From positions 64,001-128,000 of the forward strand of contig JANRKS010000021.1 in NCBI GenBank assembly GCA_033763315.1: a stretch of DNA of 64,000 nucleotides. The letters run 5' to 3'. Origin of the DNA: Deltaproteobacteria bacterium. GTDB taxonomy: Bacteria; Myxococcota_A; Polyangia; Fen-1088. This document shows positions 30,076-40,137 of the stretch, piece by piece. The notes under the pieces are model-generated. The model searched no databases. It was not told the DNA's origin and saw nothing but the letters and a program-made list of their open reading frames with translations. The position numbers and the translations under genes are program-made. Within the stretch, counting starts at the first letter, position 1. Every line of letters begins with the position of its first letter.

Positions 30076-31299
30076 ATGCATCGCAAAGGGCGTCATTGCT
30101 CGCTGGGGTTTTCACGCCGCACCGTCGTTGCCGGGTTGTTGTCGGCGGGTGCGGCGACCCGGTTCGATGGGGACGCGCCCTGCTCGAGGAGTCCCTTGCT
30201 GTCGACGTTTTGGTGTCCCTCAGCTTTGACCGTGGAGCAGCACACAGATCCCGCCATCGCTAAGCTGGCTGCCCTGCACAGTCCGGCCCTTGCCTTTACG
30301 AACCCAAACATGTGGCCCGTTGACGTGTCGTATAGCTGGCACGACGGCAGCGACCTGTACTTCGAGGACGTAGGCGGCAAACAGCGAACCGTTCTCACCA
30401 ATCGGCTGCTTCGCGAACCGGCAGCCTTCTTTGCACCCAGCGCCGATCACCGCCGCAAGCACTACATCAACAGCCCAGGCGATGGCCCACAGCAAGACGC
30501 GTGGGCGACGGCGTGGCTACGCATTCAAGGACACACGCCCGCAACGGCACTTTATCCACCCACGCAATACGTTCACGCATTTTGGTTGAACCGCCACCTG
30601 GGCCTCTTGGCGATCCAGTATTGGTTCTTCTACCCATTTAATGACTGGGTGAATCGCCACGAAGGCGATTGGGAGCACGTGGCCACGGTGTTCAAAGGCC
30701 CAACCGCGCTGGAGAATCCCGGCGCCTTCACGCCGGTGGCCACGTTCTTCTATTTTCATGAATGGGTACATGAGGCAAAACAGGTACTGCACCTCAGAGG
30801 TGGTTCTGCCGCTGCAAAGCATCCCGTTGTTTTCGTGGGGGGTCAGGGCGACATGTGGAACCTGTGGCACTGTTCACATCGACAAAGCGGCGGCAGCTAC
30901 CCTTGCGCTGGTAGGTTTGCGAACGCAGGTGCCGACAGGGGTTGGCTGGTGTCACCGTCCGAACAGGTCCAGCCTCCCGCGAGGATCATCCTGCCCGAGG
31001 ACTTTAGATTGGTCATGCTGCCTGAGCCTGACCACGTGTCCGAACGGCAGTGGCCTCAACTTTGGTGGCTGCGTTGGAACCTGTTCTTTGGGCAACGCCG
31101 GATCGACGGCAATTTGCCATTGATGGGTGCGCTCGCGCTGGACCATCCGCCACATCACCCCGGGCAACACGTCGACTGGAATATGCGTACCAAGCGTCGG
31201 CTGTGGCCCGGCATTGCGCCGCCAACTAACCCGCTAGTCTTGCCGGCAGCGGTTCGGGATCGCCTCGTAACAATAGACGACCGTGCAAAGCTCACGTGA
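30076..31299 (+). CDS. Vps62/NPP1-like domain protein, possible Tat substrate
   Basis: IQYWFFYPFNDW...HEGDWEHV, HPVVFVG; SRRTVVAGLLSAG near the N-terminus. Confidence 0.6.
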   Translation: MHRKGRHCSLGFSRRTVVAGLLSAGAATRFDGDAPCSRSPLLSTFWCPSALTVEQHTDPAIAKLAALHSPALAFTNPNMWPVDVSYSWHDGSDLYFEDVGGKQRTVLTNRLLREPAAFFAPSADHRRKHYINSPGDGPQQDAWATAWLRIQGHTPATALYPPTQYVHAFWLNRHLGLLAIQYWFFYPFNDWVNRHEGDWEHVATVFKGPTALENPGAFTPVATFFYFHEWVHEAKQVLHLRGGSAAAKHPVVFVGGQGDMWNLWHCSHRQSGGSYPCAGRFANAGADRGWLVSPSEQVQPPARIILPEDFRLVMLPEPDHVSERQWPQLWWLRWNLFFGQRRIDGNLPLMGALALDHPPHHPGQHVDWNMRTKRRLWPGIAPPTNPLVLPAAVRDRLVTIDDRAKLT

Positions 31300-31499
31300 A
31301 AATTCTTTTCCCAATTGAAAGAGATTCGCCGCAGCCTTGCAACAACATGCGACCTGACCGCCGACGAGTTGTCACCAGGTTGTAAGCCCAAACGCCCTTA
31401 CGGGCGCCATGTTGTCCTTGCGATGGTTCCCACACTACCAATTGCGTTCGCAACGGCACCCGCCCTGTCAGCCCATGAAACTGCGAGACGCGTTTGACG

Positions 31500-32474
31500 A
31501 TGCGCGAATACAGAAGGGTTTTGGTCACCGGCGGAAACGGATTCATCGGTTCACGCGTTGTGCGCGCTTTGGTATCGCGTGGCATCACGGTCCGCTGTCT
31601 TCTGCGAACCACGTCCAATACGTCACGGATCGATGGTCTGCCGTTTGAGCGCGCGATGGGCGACGTGCGCGACGCGGAATCCGTTCGCCAAGCCTTCAAC
31701 GGCTGCGACGCGGCCGTTCATCTCGCCAGCCTCTCAAATTGGAATGACATTGATTCCCCCTTAATGACGGAGGTGGTGATGGGCGGCACGCGCAACGTGT
31801 TGGACGCGGCCAAGCAATGTGGGAACAAGTTGGTGGTGTTCGTTTCATCGGCGGCGGCGGTCAATGGCTCCGAAACGCCGGAGGTCTTTGCTGAGAATGC
31901 GGAGTTCACGCTGAACCACGCGAAATTGTCTTATGCGCAACACAAGCGCGACGCCGAGGCCTTGTGTGCGCAAAGCGGCGTCCCAGTGGTGGTGGTGAAC
32001 CCCACAGAGGTGTATGGCCCGGAAGACATTGGTTTGATCACCGCAGGTAACCTCGTTGATTTTGCGCGTAGCTCACCAGTGATGGTATGCGACGGTGGCA
32101 CCAGCATCGTCCACGTTGACGACGTGGCCGACGGGATCGTCCAGGCGTTGCACCGGGGCCGTCCTCACGAGCGTTACATCCTTGGCGGCGACAATCTGAC
32201 CGTGACGGAACTGGCGCAGATGACGTTGAGTCTGGTGGGACGCAAAGCACGCGTGGTAAAATTGCCGAAGACGGCCATAAGGGCCTTGGCCTCCGTGGGG
32301 CGCGCCACGAAATTGCCGTTGCCCTTTAACCCGCGGGTTATCCCTTACGCCACCCGCTATTGGTTTACCGACAACAAGAAAGCCCGCACGGAACTCGGCG
32401 TTGACTTTCGCTCCGCCGAGGCAACGCTGCGCCCCACCTTGCAGTGGCTGCAACAAACGGGACACATCTCATGA
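31500..32474 (+). CDS. NAD-dependent epimerase/dehydratase (extended SDR, HpnA/DFR-like); candidate 3-keto-sphingoid reductase
   Basis: TGGNGFIG, YAQHK, VNPTEVYGP, VHVDDVA, ERYILGG; stop overlaps the PKS start (ATGA). Confidence 0.85.
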   Translation: MREYRRVLVTGGNGFIGSRVVRALVSRGITVRCLLRTTSNTSRIDGLPFERAMGDVRDAESVRQAFNGCDAAVHLASLSNWNDIDSPLMTEVVMGGTRNVLDAAKQCGNKLVVFVSSAAAVNGSETPEVFAENAEFTLNHAKLSYAQHKRDAEALCAQSGVPVVVVNPTEVYGPEDIGLITAGNLVDFARSSPVMVCDGGTSIVHVDDVADGIVQALHRGRPHERYILGGDNLTVTELAQMTLSLVGRKARVVKLPKTAIRALASVGRATKLPLPFNPRVIPYATRYWFTDNKKARTELGVDFRSAEATLRPTLQWLQQTGHIS

Positions 32475-35400
32475 GCAGGCTCCCCTCGCCCATCGCGATT
32501 GTAGGGATGGGCTGCCGCTTCCCAGGCTCCCCGAACATTCCAGCTTACTGGCGCACGATCAGGGATGGCAAAGTGTGGCTCGCGCCTGTGCCGCGATCGC
32601 GCTGGAACCACGACCTGTTCTATAGCCGCGACAGGGGCTTTCGTGACGCCAACAAGACCTATGTGGATCGCGTCTCACTCATCGATGGGCCTGAACTATT
32701 CGCGCCTGAGGCATTCGGGATCGCCCCCAAGCGCGCGCGTATCATGGACCCCCAGCAGCGCTTGTTCTTGGACGTCGTGCGCGCCGCCCTTGAGGACGCC
32801 GGCTATGCGAAGCGAGAGCTGAAGCGGGATCGCGTTGGCACGTTTGTGGGCGCCTGTGTTTCCGACTTCATGGATCTGGTCACCGTACGTATGCGGGCAA
32901 CGCTGTTGGCCGGCGGCGAATTCGGAGCTCCCTTGCAGGGCGACGAGATCCACAACGAGCTCACAAAGAACGTTGTGCCTCTCGCCGCACATACAGTGGT
33001 TGGGTCACTGCTCAACATGGTGGCGGCGAACGTGAATCAGGCCTATGACTTCGGCGGTCCTGCGTTCAGCACGGACGCTGCCTGCTCATCGGCCTTGGTG
33101 GCCCTTCATGAAGCCATGCTGCATCTGCGACATGGCACCTGCGACACGGCCATCGTCGGCGGTGTGTACATGGTGCTTTCACCCGACAACGTGCTCGGAT
33201 TTTCGCGTATAGGGGCTGTGTCTGAGGCCAACATTTGCCGGCCGTTCGATCAGCGCGCCGACGGCTTCGTGGTGGGCGAAGGCATTGGCGCGGTGGTCTG
33301 CAAACGCCTTGAAACCGCGCTCGCCGACAAAGATCGAATTTATGCCGTCATCCCAGGGATGGGCATGAACAACGATGGGCGCGGCGACGGTCCGATGACG
33401 CCTCGTAAAGAAGGTCAGCTCGCCGTTCTGGAGCGGGCCCATCAGGACAGTGGCATCGCGCCTTCGCGGGTTGAAGTTGTGGAGGCGCATGGCACCGCCA
33501 CACCGGTGGGAGACGCCACCGAGGTTGCCGCGTTGGCCGAGTTCCGCGGCGATACATCGGGCCGGCCCTGTGCCCTCTCATCAGCGAAGGCCAACATCGG
33601 GCACTCCATGAGTGCGGCCGGCATCGCCGGCTTGATCAGGGCAACGCTGGCGGTTCATCACGCAACGATTCCGATGCACGCTTCATACGAGCAGCCCCGC
33701 GCAGACCTTCGGCTGCATGAGAGAGGCCTATACATCCCCAACCGCAGCATCCCCTGGCAGCGCCAGGACGCGCTTCCTCGCACGGTAGGTGTCAGCTCTT
33801 TCGGCTTTGGTGGCACCAACTGCCACGTCATCGTGCAAGAGCCATCCACCTCATCTGCAAGCACAACTCGTGTATTCATGAGCCATTCGATCGAGTCGCC
33901 GCCGCCGCGGCCCGAACTGTTTTTGCTTTCAGCACCAACGGCCGACTTGCTCTGTGAGACAGCCGTTGACCTTCTGGAAGCCTTCGTCGAACAAAACGAT
34001 GTGTCGTTGGCAGGCATCGCCGCGAGCCTCGCATCGCGCACCGCTTCGCCTCACCGTGCCGCCTTCATCGCCAGCTCTCATCAACAATTCATCGCGGCGC
34101 TGCGTTGGCTGGCAGCGCCCTCGTCGGAAGAGCCTTCACACATCCACTTAAATCGCGAACCAGTGGGCTCTGATGTGCCAAAGCTCGCCATGCTCTTCCC
34201 TGGGCAGGGCGCCCAAAAGCCCGACATGGCGCGGCCGCTCTACGAACGCTTCGGTGTCTTTCGTGAAGCGCTGGATGCTCTCACAGCAGACTGCGCGATC
34301 GATGGGCGTGCGTTGTTGTCTTATCTTTACCCAACCAACGGCGCACGAGAGAAGGCGCGTGCCACGCTATCGCGCACAGAGATCTGTCAGCCCCTCATGG
34401 CCTCACTGGGCCTTGCAAGCGCTGCGTTCTTTGATGCCCTGGGTGTCCGTGCGCACGCGGTCGCAGGCCACTCCTTGGGTGAATTTGCAGCCGCTGCGGC
34501 CGCGGGCATTCTGCCGGCACACGAGGCGGTGCAGCTCGTCGCTCGCAGAGGTGCACTCATGGCGTCTATGGCTTTGCCTGATTCAGGAGCCATGCTTGCT
34601 TTGTCCACCGATGCGGCCACCGCGCAAAGAGGTGTGTCACAGCATGATGGATGGGTTGTAGCCAACATCAACCACGCCCGGCAAACAGTGATAGCGGGAC
34701 CGCGCGCCTCATGTGAAGCGGTGGCCACTCACTTTCGTGAGCTCTCCATCAAGGCCGTTGCCCTTGACGTATCACATGCCTTTCATTCGCCGTTGATGGA
34801 CGGCATCACGCAGCCCTTCACCTGCTTGGTCAAGCAACTACCGCTGGGGCCAGCAAAGATACCCTTTGTCAGCGCTGTGGAGCCGTCGCTCAGCCCGCTT
34901 GCGCCAGAGCAACTGCGCGCGGCCTGGACGAGGCACGCCACCGCGCCCGTAGATTTCATTGAAACAGTGAGGTCGCTGCACGAGCAAGGATGCCGCGTGT
35001 TCCTGCAAGTGACGGGCGGCCATAGCTTATTAAACATGGCGCGACACACGCTGGCCCACACAGATCCAAGCTGCTCGTACTTGGCCATCACTCAGGATGA
35101 GGGGGACGACGGCACCACATGCCTGCAGACCCTCGCGCGGCTCTTTACGCTTGGCTTCTCCGTGGATGCGCGAGGCCTTGAGGATCCAGCCGCAGACAGA
35201 ACCGCCGTCTCGCTGCCGCCATCGCGCCTGCAAACACGAGCGCTGTGGCCCGTCAAACGCGAAACCGTTGCCGCCACCCCACACACCGTCAGCATGCCCA
35301 ACAACGACACCACACCGATGATGCAGCCCAAGCCTCAAGAACCGGCCGCCGGCGGCATGGCCACCGAATCCCCCGCAACGAGACTGAGGGCCCTGTTTGC

Positions 35401-38400
35401 GCAACAGATGGCGCTGATGGATGCGCATGTGGAGATCATCCGCAAACAAAACGAACTGCTTGCGCAAGCCGCTCAAAGCCCGGCTGCAGAGTTGGCGCCC
35501 TTGAGGCCAGCCGCGCCGGCGACGTCGGCCCCCCCCGTCGTTCAAGCCGCGGCCGTCGCTGCCAGCGTATTTGAGCAACTTCGAGGTGTGGTGAGCCGCA
35601 TCGCTGTCACTCCAATTGAAGGGCTGCATTCGCGCACGCGCCTCGGAGCGGATCTTGGGTTCGACTCGTTGATGATCACAGAGCTTTCGGCAGCCCTCAC
35701 AGAGGCGTTCAACGGGCTGACCTTGCCTCGCCGCTTGTTTGAAACGGATCTAACGTTGGGGACGTTGGAAAAGGAGATCCGCGACCGCGTCCAAGCGCCC
35801 GAACCAGCGACGAAGGTGGCCCAAGAGATACGCCTGTTTGAACCAAAGTGGGTGGCGCGTCCGCTCCGCCGCAACGCAAGCACACCATCTGAGAATGGCG
35901 CGGTCGTTCTCCTCAGTGCTGGTGATGATTGGGCTCCCGCACTGGCGAAGGCACTAGAACAGCGTGGACGCACCGTGAGAGCGACAAGCAGCGTACAAGA
36001 CCCGTCGCTGCTCAGCGCCCATGTGATCGATCTGCGTCTACTTTCCATCCATGGCACGAACGATGCCGTAAACCTTCTGCAAAGCCTGCGACAAGTGGCG
36101 CAGCGGCGGCCAAGCACATGGCATGTTCTTGCTCACACGCAGAACGCCGCACCCGTGGGTGGTTTTCTTCGCTCGCTTAGCCACGAGGCCTATGGAGCTC
36201 AGTTGGGTTCCGTCGCGTTGGACGATGACGTGACGCCGTCACCAGAGTTTATAGAGGCACTGGTGCAGACCCTGCTGTCTGGCAAGTTTGACGAGGAGGT
36301 GCGTTTCACAGTGGCGGGCGGCCTCGGCCCCTTGTCAACGCAGTTTCATGCCCACGCCTTGCCTTCAACGTTCCCCTCCGCTGCAGGTGTGTTGCTGATT
36401 TCGGGCGCCACGGGTTCCATCGGCGGCAAGCTCGCGCGGCACTACGCCTGCAGCCAGGCGTCGTTGGCACTGCTTGGCCGCAAACCTGCGGACGCGCCAG
36501 ACGTCTCAACGTGGCTTGCTGAATTGCGTTCACTTGGTGCAAAGGTTCACTACGCGAGCTGCGACATAACGGATGCGTCAGCTGTGAACAAAGCGGTTCT
36601 TGACGCGCGGGCGGCTTTGGGTCCGATCACGGCCTGCCTTCACGCCGCGGGCGAGACAGACGATCACCCGGTTCACGCACCCTTTACGGACGCAACAGCC
36701 GCCGTGGTAGCAACCAAAGTGGACGGCGCAGAGAACCTTTGGAACGCACTTCAGAACCAACCGCTGATCACCTTCGTTGCACTTGGTTCGTGGGCGGCAC
36801 GCTTTGGCAACCGGCACCAAACAACGTACGCGTTTGCGAACGCTTTGCTCGCGTCCGTAATGTCACGCTTTGAAAGCACACGCCCACAGGTACGCTGCTG
36901 CGTGCTGGAGCTGCCTGCTTGGCGGGGCACGGGGATGGTAACAAAGTTACCTGTCGCCGCGCGCGTGCAGCTTGAAAGCCAGGTGGAGACACTGGCGGAT
37001 TCGGAAGGTGTCAACGTTATTGCAGCAGCCCTTTCTGGTGCGCTGGCGAGCGGCACCTACGTGGTGGCGCGACGCCTGCCTCCGATCGAAGAGACCTTCG
37101 GTTGGACACAGACGCTGGCTCCTGATGCCCCTGGCTATCTTTCCTCGCACGTCATCGCCGCACGCCCTGTCCTTCCGTTGGCCGGCGCGATCGATCTCAT
37201 GTTGCCCGCCCTCGCCCACCAAGGCATCAAGCTGCCCCTGGCACTGCGAGACGTGGAGGTCGTGCAGGGCGTTGTTCTCGAAGGCGACTCGGCAACGGTG
37301 CTCACCCGCGTGCGCAATGGTGAAGCCGGCACAATCGTCGAGACGATTAGGCTTGATGATCGAAACCAGATCGGGTTTCGGGCCACCTTGAGCGTCATAG
37401 ACGATCTTCAACCTGTGCAGCTTGGTGACTTGCGAGAGGCTACGTTCGGCGTTGAGCACTTCTATCAACACGCCACATTTCACGGCCCGGCCTTGCGGCC
37501 ACTGTTGCAAGTCCGTGGCGTAAGTCAGCACGCGATCTCCGCGCTATGCGAAGCGTCCAGTGTCGAGGGCGGCACGACGCTTGTCAGTGGGCTCGATGGC
37601 GTCCTGCAGGTCTTTGCCTTCTGGTCCGCACATACGTTGGGGCGCGCAGGCTTGCCGTTGGCGATCGACGCGATCCACATCCTCCGCCAACCCGTGGCGC
37701 ACGAGGTTCTGTATATTGAAGCCACCGTTGCCACCAACGAGGACGGAACGATGCGCGGCGACGCCGATGTGCGCGACGAACACAACCAACTGGTGTTCAG
37801 GCTCCGGGGTTTCAAAGGCGAACCTCGCGATCTCACCCGACTCGCGGCCGGCCGTAGCCTCGCGTCCGCACGTGTCTTGCCGGAGCGCGAGACGGTATTC
37901 GATGCGCCGCTTGAACACACCAGCGTGCAACACTTTCCAGAGGTGCAAGAGCTGGCGCGCAGAATCACCGCTGCGAAGACCGCGGGAATGCAGATTCCCT
38001 ATTTTCGCGCCCACGATGGCATAAACGGAGCCACCGCATCACTGCACGGACGATCGCTGCTGAACTTCTCTTCGTACAACTACCTCGGCTTTTCAGGTCA
38101 TCCCGAGGTCACGCGCGCCGCCCAGCGTGCGATTGAAAAGTTCGGCTCTTCGGTGTCTGCCAGCCGGATTGCTTCAGGCGAACGACCGCTTCACCAGCAA
38201 CTGGAGCGCGCCCTGGCAAAGCTTCTCGGCAGTGACGATGCCCTTGTGATGGTCGGCGGCCACGCAACCAACGTGTCCATCATCGGTCACCTGCTTGGCC
38301 CCGCAGACCTGGTGATCCATGACAGCCTCGCGCACGATAGCATTCTCGGTGGGGCGCGCTTGTCAGGCGCACGACGACGTCCGTTCCCACACAACAATGT

Positions 38401-39166
38401 GGATGCCTTGAGGCGGATGTTGCGGGAAAGCCGCACCCAAGCGCGGCGCGTTCTGCTCGCCGTGGAGGGCGTGTACAGCATGGATGGCGACCTGGCACCG
38501 CTTGACAAGCTCATCGAGCTCAAGCGTCAGTACGGCTGTCTGCTGCTCGTGGACGAGGCCCATTCATTGGGCGTCATCGGACCAACCGGCGCCGGCGTTG
38601 GAGAGCACTTCGGCGTCAATCGCGGCGACGTAGATCTGTGGATGGGCACGCTCTCGAAGTCGCTCGCCAGTTGCGGTGGTTACGTCGCTGGCGTGCGGCA
38701 CCTCATCGAATACCTGCGTTACAGCTTGCCGGGCTTCATCTACAGCGTTGGCATATCACCGGCCAACGCGGCCGCCGCATTGGCGGCACTCGATCTGATG
38801 GAAAGGCAGCCTGAAACGGTGGCGCGCCTGCAAGAGCGCTGCCGATACTTCCTGACTCTTTGCGAAGGCTTAGGCATTAACACCGGCCCCTCGCGAGGGT
38901 CAGCGATCGTGCCTTGCATCGTGGGCAATTCCGCCCTCTGCATGCAACTTTCGCAGGCTCTCCTCGCGCGTGGCATCAACGTGCAGCCCATCGTGTACCC
39001 GGCCGTGGAAGAGGATCAAGCGCGTCTTCGCTTCTTCATCTGTGCCACCCACACCGAAGAACAGCTCCGGCAAACCGCCAGCGCGTTGGCGCAAGAGTTG
39101 TTTCGGTTGCAGCCGCCTCACATGATCGATGCGATTGACCGCCACACCGTGGCCAACGGAGGATAG
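32471..39166 (+). CDS. type I PKS (KS-AT-ACP-KR-DH) fused to a C-terminal alpha-oxoamine synthase / serine palmitoyltransferase-like domain
   Basis: KS DAACSS, HGTAT, NIGH; AT GHSLG and HAFH; ACP LGFDSL; KR GATGSIG..Y..AN; DH H.IAARPVLP; AOS NFSSYNYLG, DEAHS, GTLSKS. Confidence 0.92.
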   Translation: MSRLPSPIAIVGMGCRFPGSPNIPAYWRTIRDGKVWLAPVPRSRWNHDLFYSRDRGFRDANKTYVDRVSLIDGPELFAPEAFGIAPKRARIMDPQQRLFLDVVRAALEDAGYAKRELKRDRVGTFVGACVSDFMDLVTVRMRATLLAGGEFGAPLQGDEIHNELTKNVVPLAAHTVVGSLLNMVAANVNQAYDFGGPAFSTDAACSSALVALHEAMLHLRHGTCDTAIVGGVYMVLSPDNVLGFSRIGAVSEANICRPFDQRADGFVVGEGIGAVVCKRLETALADKDRIYAVIPGMGMNNDGRGDGPMTPRKEGQLAVLERAHQDSGIAPSRVEVVEAHGTATPVGDATEVAALAEFRGDTSGRPCALSSAKANIGHSMSAAGIAGLIRATLAVHHATIPMHASYEQPRADLRLHERGLYIPNRSIPWQRQDALPRTVGVSSFGFGGTNCHVIVQEPSTSSASTTRVFMSHSIESPPPRPELFLLSAPTADLLCETAVDLLEAFVEQNDVSLAGIAASLASRTASPHRAAFIASSHQQFIAALRWLAAPSSEEPSHIHLNREPVGSDVPKLAMLFPGQGAQKPDMARPLYERFGVFREALDALTADCAIDGRALLSYLYPTNGAREKARATLSRTEICQPLMASLGLASAAFFDALGVRAHAVAGHSLGEFAAAAAAGILPAHEAVQLVARRGALMASMALPDSGAMLALSTDAATAQRGVSQHDGWVVANINHARQTVIAGPRASCEAVATHFRELSIKAVALDVSHAFHSPLMDGITQPFTCLVKQLPLGPAKIPFVSAVEPSLSPLAPEQLRAAWTRHATAPVDFIETVRSLHEQGCRVFLQVTGGHSLLNMARHTLAHTDPSCSYLAITQDEGDDGTTCLQTLARLFTLGFSVDARGLEDPAADRTAVSLPPSRLQTRALWPVKRETVAATPHTVSMPNNDTTPMMQPKPQEPAAGGMATESPATRLRALFAQQMALMDAHVEIIRKQNELLAQAAQSPAAELAPLRPAAPATSAPPVVQAAAVAASVFEQLRGVVSRIAVTPIEGLHSRTRLGADLGFDSLMITELSAALTEAFNGLTLPRRLFETDLTLGTLEKEIRDRVQAPEPATKVAQEIRLFEPKWVARPLRRNASTPSENGAVVLLSAGDDWAPALAKALEQRGRTVRATSSVQDPSLLSAHVIDLRLLSIHGTNDAVNLLQSLRQVAQRRPSTWHVLAHTQNAAPVGGFLRSLSHEAYGAQLGSVALDDDVTPSPEFIEALVQTLLSGKFDEEVRFTVAGGLGPLSTQFHAHALPSTFPSAAGVLLISGATGSIGGKLARHYACSQASLALLGRKPADAPDVSTWLAELRSLGAKVHYASCDITDASAVNKAVLDARAALGPITACLHAAGETDDHPVHAPFTDATAAVVATKVDGAENLWNALQNQPLITFVALGSWAARFGNRHQTTYAFANALLASVMSRFESTRPQVRCCVLELPAWRGTGMVTKLPVAARVQLESQVETLADSEGVNVIAAALSGALASGTYVVARRLPPIEETFGWTQTLAPDAPGYLSSHVIAARPVLPLAGAIDLMLPALAHQGIKLPLALRDVEVVQGVVLEGDSATVLTRVRNGEAGTIVETIRLDDRNQIGFRATLSVIDDLQPVQLGDLREATFGVEHFYQHATFHGPALRPLLQVRGVSQHAISALCEASSVEGGTTLVSGLDGVLQVFAFWSAHTLGRAGLPLAIDAIHILRQPVAHEVLYIEATVATNEDGTMRGDADVRDEHNQLVFRLRGFKGEPRDLTRLAAGRSLASARVLPERETVFDAPLEHTSVQHFPEVQELARRITAAKTAGMQIPYFRAHDGINGATASLHGRSLLNFSSYNYLGFSGHPEVTRAAQRAIEKFGSSVSASRIASGERPLHQQLERALAKLLGSDDALVMVGGHATNVSIIGHLLGPADLVIHDSLAHDSILGGARLSGARRRPFPHNNVDALRRMLRESRTQARRVLLAVEGVYSMDGDLAPLDKLIELKRQYGCLLLVDEAHSLGVIGPTGAGVGEHFGVNRGDVDLWMGTLSKSLASCGGYVAGVRHLIEYLRYSLPGFIYSVGISPANAAAALAALDLMERQPETVARLQERCRYFLTLCEGLGINTGPSRGSAIVPCIVGNSALCMQLSQALLARGINVQPIVYPAVEEDQARLRFFICATHTEEQLRQTASALAQELFRLQPPHMIDAIDRHTVANGG

Positions 39167-39168
39167 CG

Positions 39169-40056
39169 ATGCCACTATTTGCACGCTCAGACGGAGAGTT
39201 GGTGCACACCGAAACACCCGTACGAAGCATTTTGCCGTACGTGATGCGGGGCCGAAACGAAAGCGCGATCTATCATCAGGAAACGTACGACATCACGCGC
39301 ACACGTTCGTGGCTGCGTCAGTTCAATCGGGCCCGCGGTAACAAGCTGCCAGCCAGCTTGTTTCATCTGTTCTTATTTGCATGCGCCCAGGGCCTACACC
39401 GCCGCCCCGAACTAAACCGGTTTGTCTCAGGCGGTCGCCTCTACCGACGCAAAGGTGTTTTTATTTCGTTCGCGGCCAAGAAGGCGTTCAAAGACGACGC
39501 GCCCTTGGTGACCATCAAGCTGTCGTTTCCAGAGATTGAATCATTCGAGCACGCGGTCGATCGCATAAACGAAGCGATTATGCAGGGCCGTGGCGACCGG
39601 AGCACCACCGTGGATAAAGAGCTGGCTTTGGCGATGGCGCTGCCACGTTGGTTGCTGCGCGCGGTGATGGCGCTGCTGCGGTGGCTCGATGGTATGAATC
39701 TTAAGCCGCGCTTCATGATTGAAAGTGATCCTCTCTACACAAGTTTGTTTGTGGCGAACCTGGGCTCCGTGGGGTTGGATCGTGTGTTCCATCACCTTTA
39801 CGAAGACGGCACGGCCAGCGTTTTTGGCGCGCTTGGCGTGCCACGCAAGGCAACCGCGTTAGATCGTCACGGACGCGTCCAGACGCACGACGAGGTTGAG
39901 GTGAGGTGGACGCTCGACGAACGAGTGGCCGACGCCTTCTATTGCGCAGCCAGCTTGAAGATCGCCAGGCGCATCATTGAGGATCCGGCGCGTCACTTCG
40001 GCGCGGAGAACATGACGCTTCCGGCTGTAGAAGAAGCGGCCCTGGTTTCAGGTTGA
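39169..40056 (+). CDS. stand-alone 2-oxoacid dehydrogenase E2 / CAT-like acyltransferase domain protein
   Basis: LNRFV.G.RLY.R, FVANLGSVG, TLDERVADA (DHR to DER variant); no lipoyl domain; starts 2 nt after the PKS stop. Confidence 0.75.
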   Translation: MPLFARSDGELVHTETPVRSILPYVMRGRNESAIYHQETYDITRTRSWLRQFNRARGNKLPASLFHLFLFACAQGLHRRPELNRFVSGGRLYRRKGVFISFAAKKAFKDDAPLVTIKLSFPEIESFEHAVDRINEAIMQGRGDRSTTVDKELALAMALPRWLLRAVMALLRWLDGMNLKPRFMIESDPLYTSLFVANLGSVGLDRVFHHLYEDGTASVFGALGVPRKATALDRHGRVQTHDEVEVRWTLDERVADAFYCAASLKIARRIIEDPARHFGAENMTLPAVEEAALVSG

Positions 40057-40137
40057 GACGCAAGGCCTCACTGCGTTCGGGTGCGCGCGGTGCCCACATC
40101 GCAACCACGCCAGCTTTGGCGTTAAACTCACTGCTTC

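Noticed and set aside
37950-39166. bioF (biotin synthesis)
   Set aside because: The domain is fused to a PKS and no bio genes are nearby.
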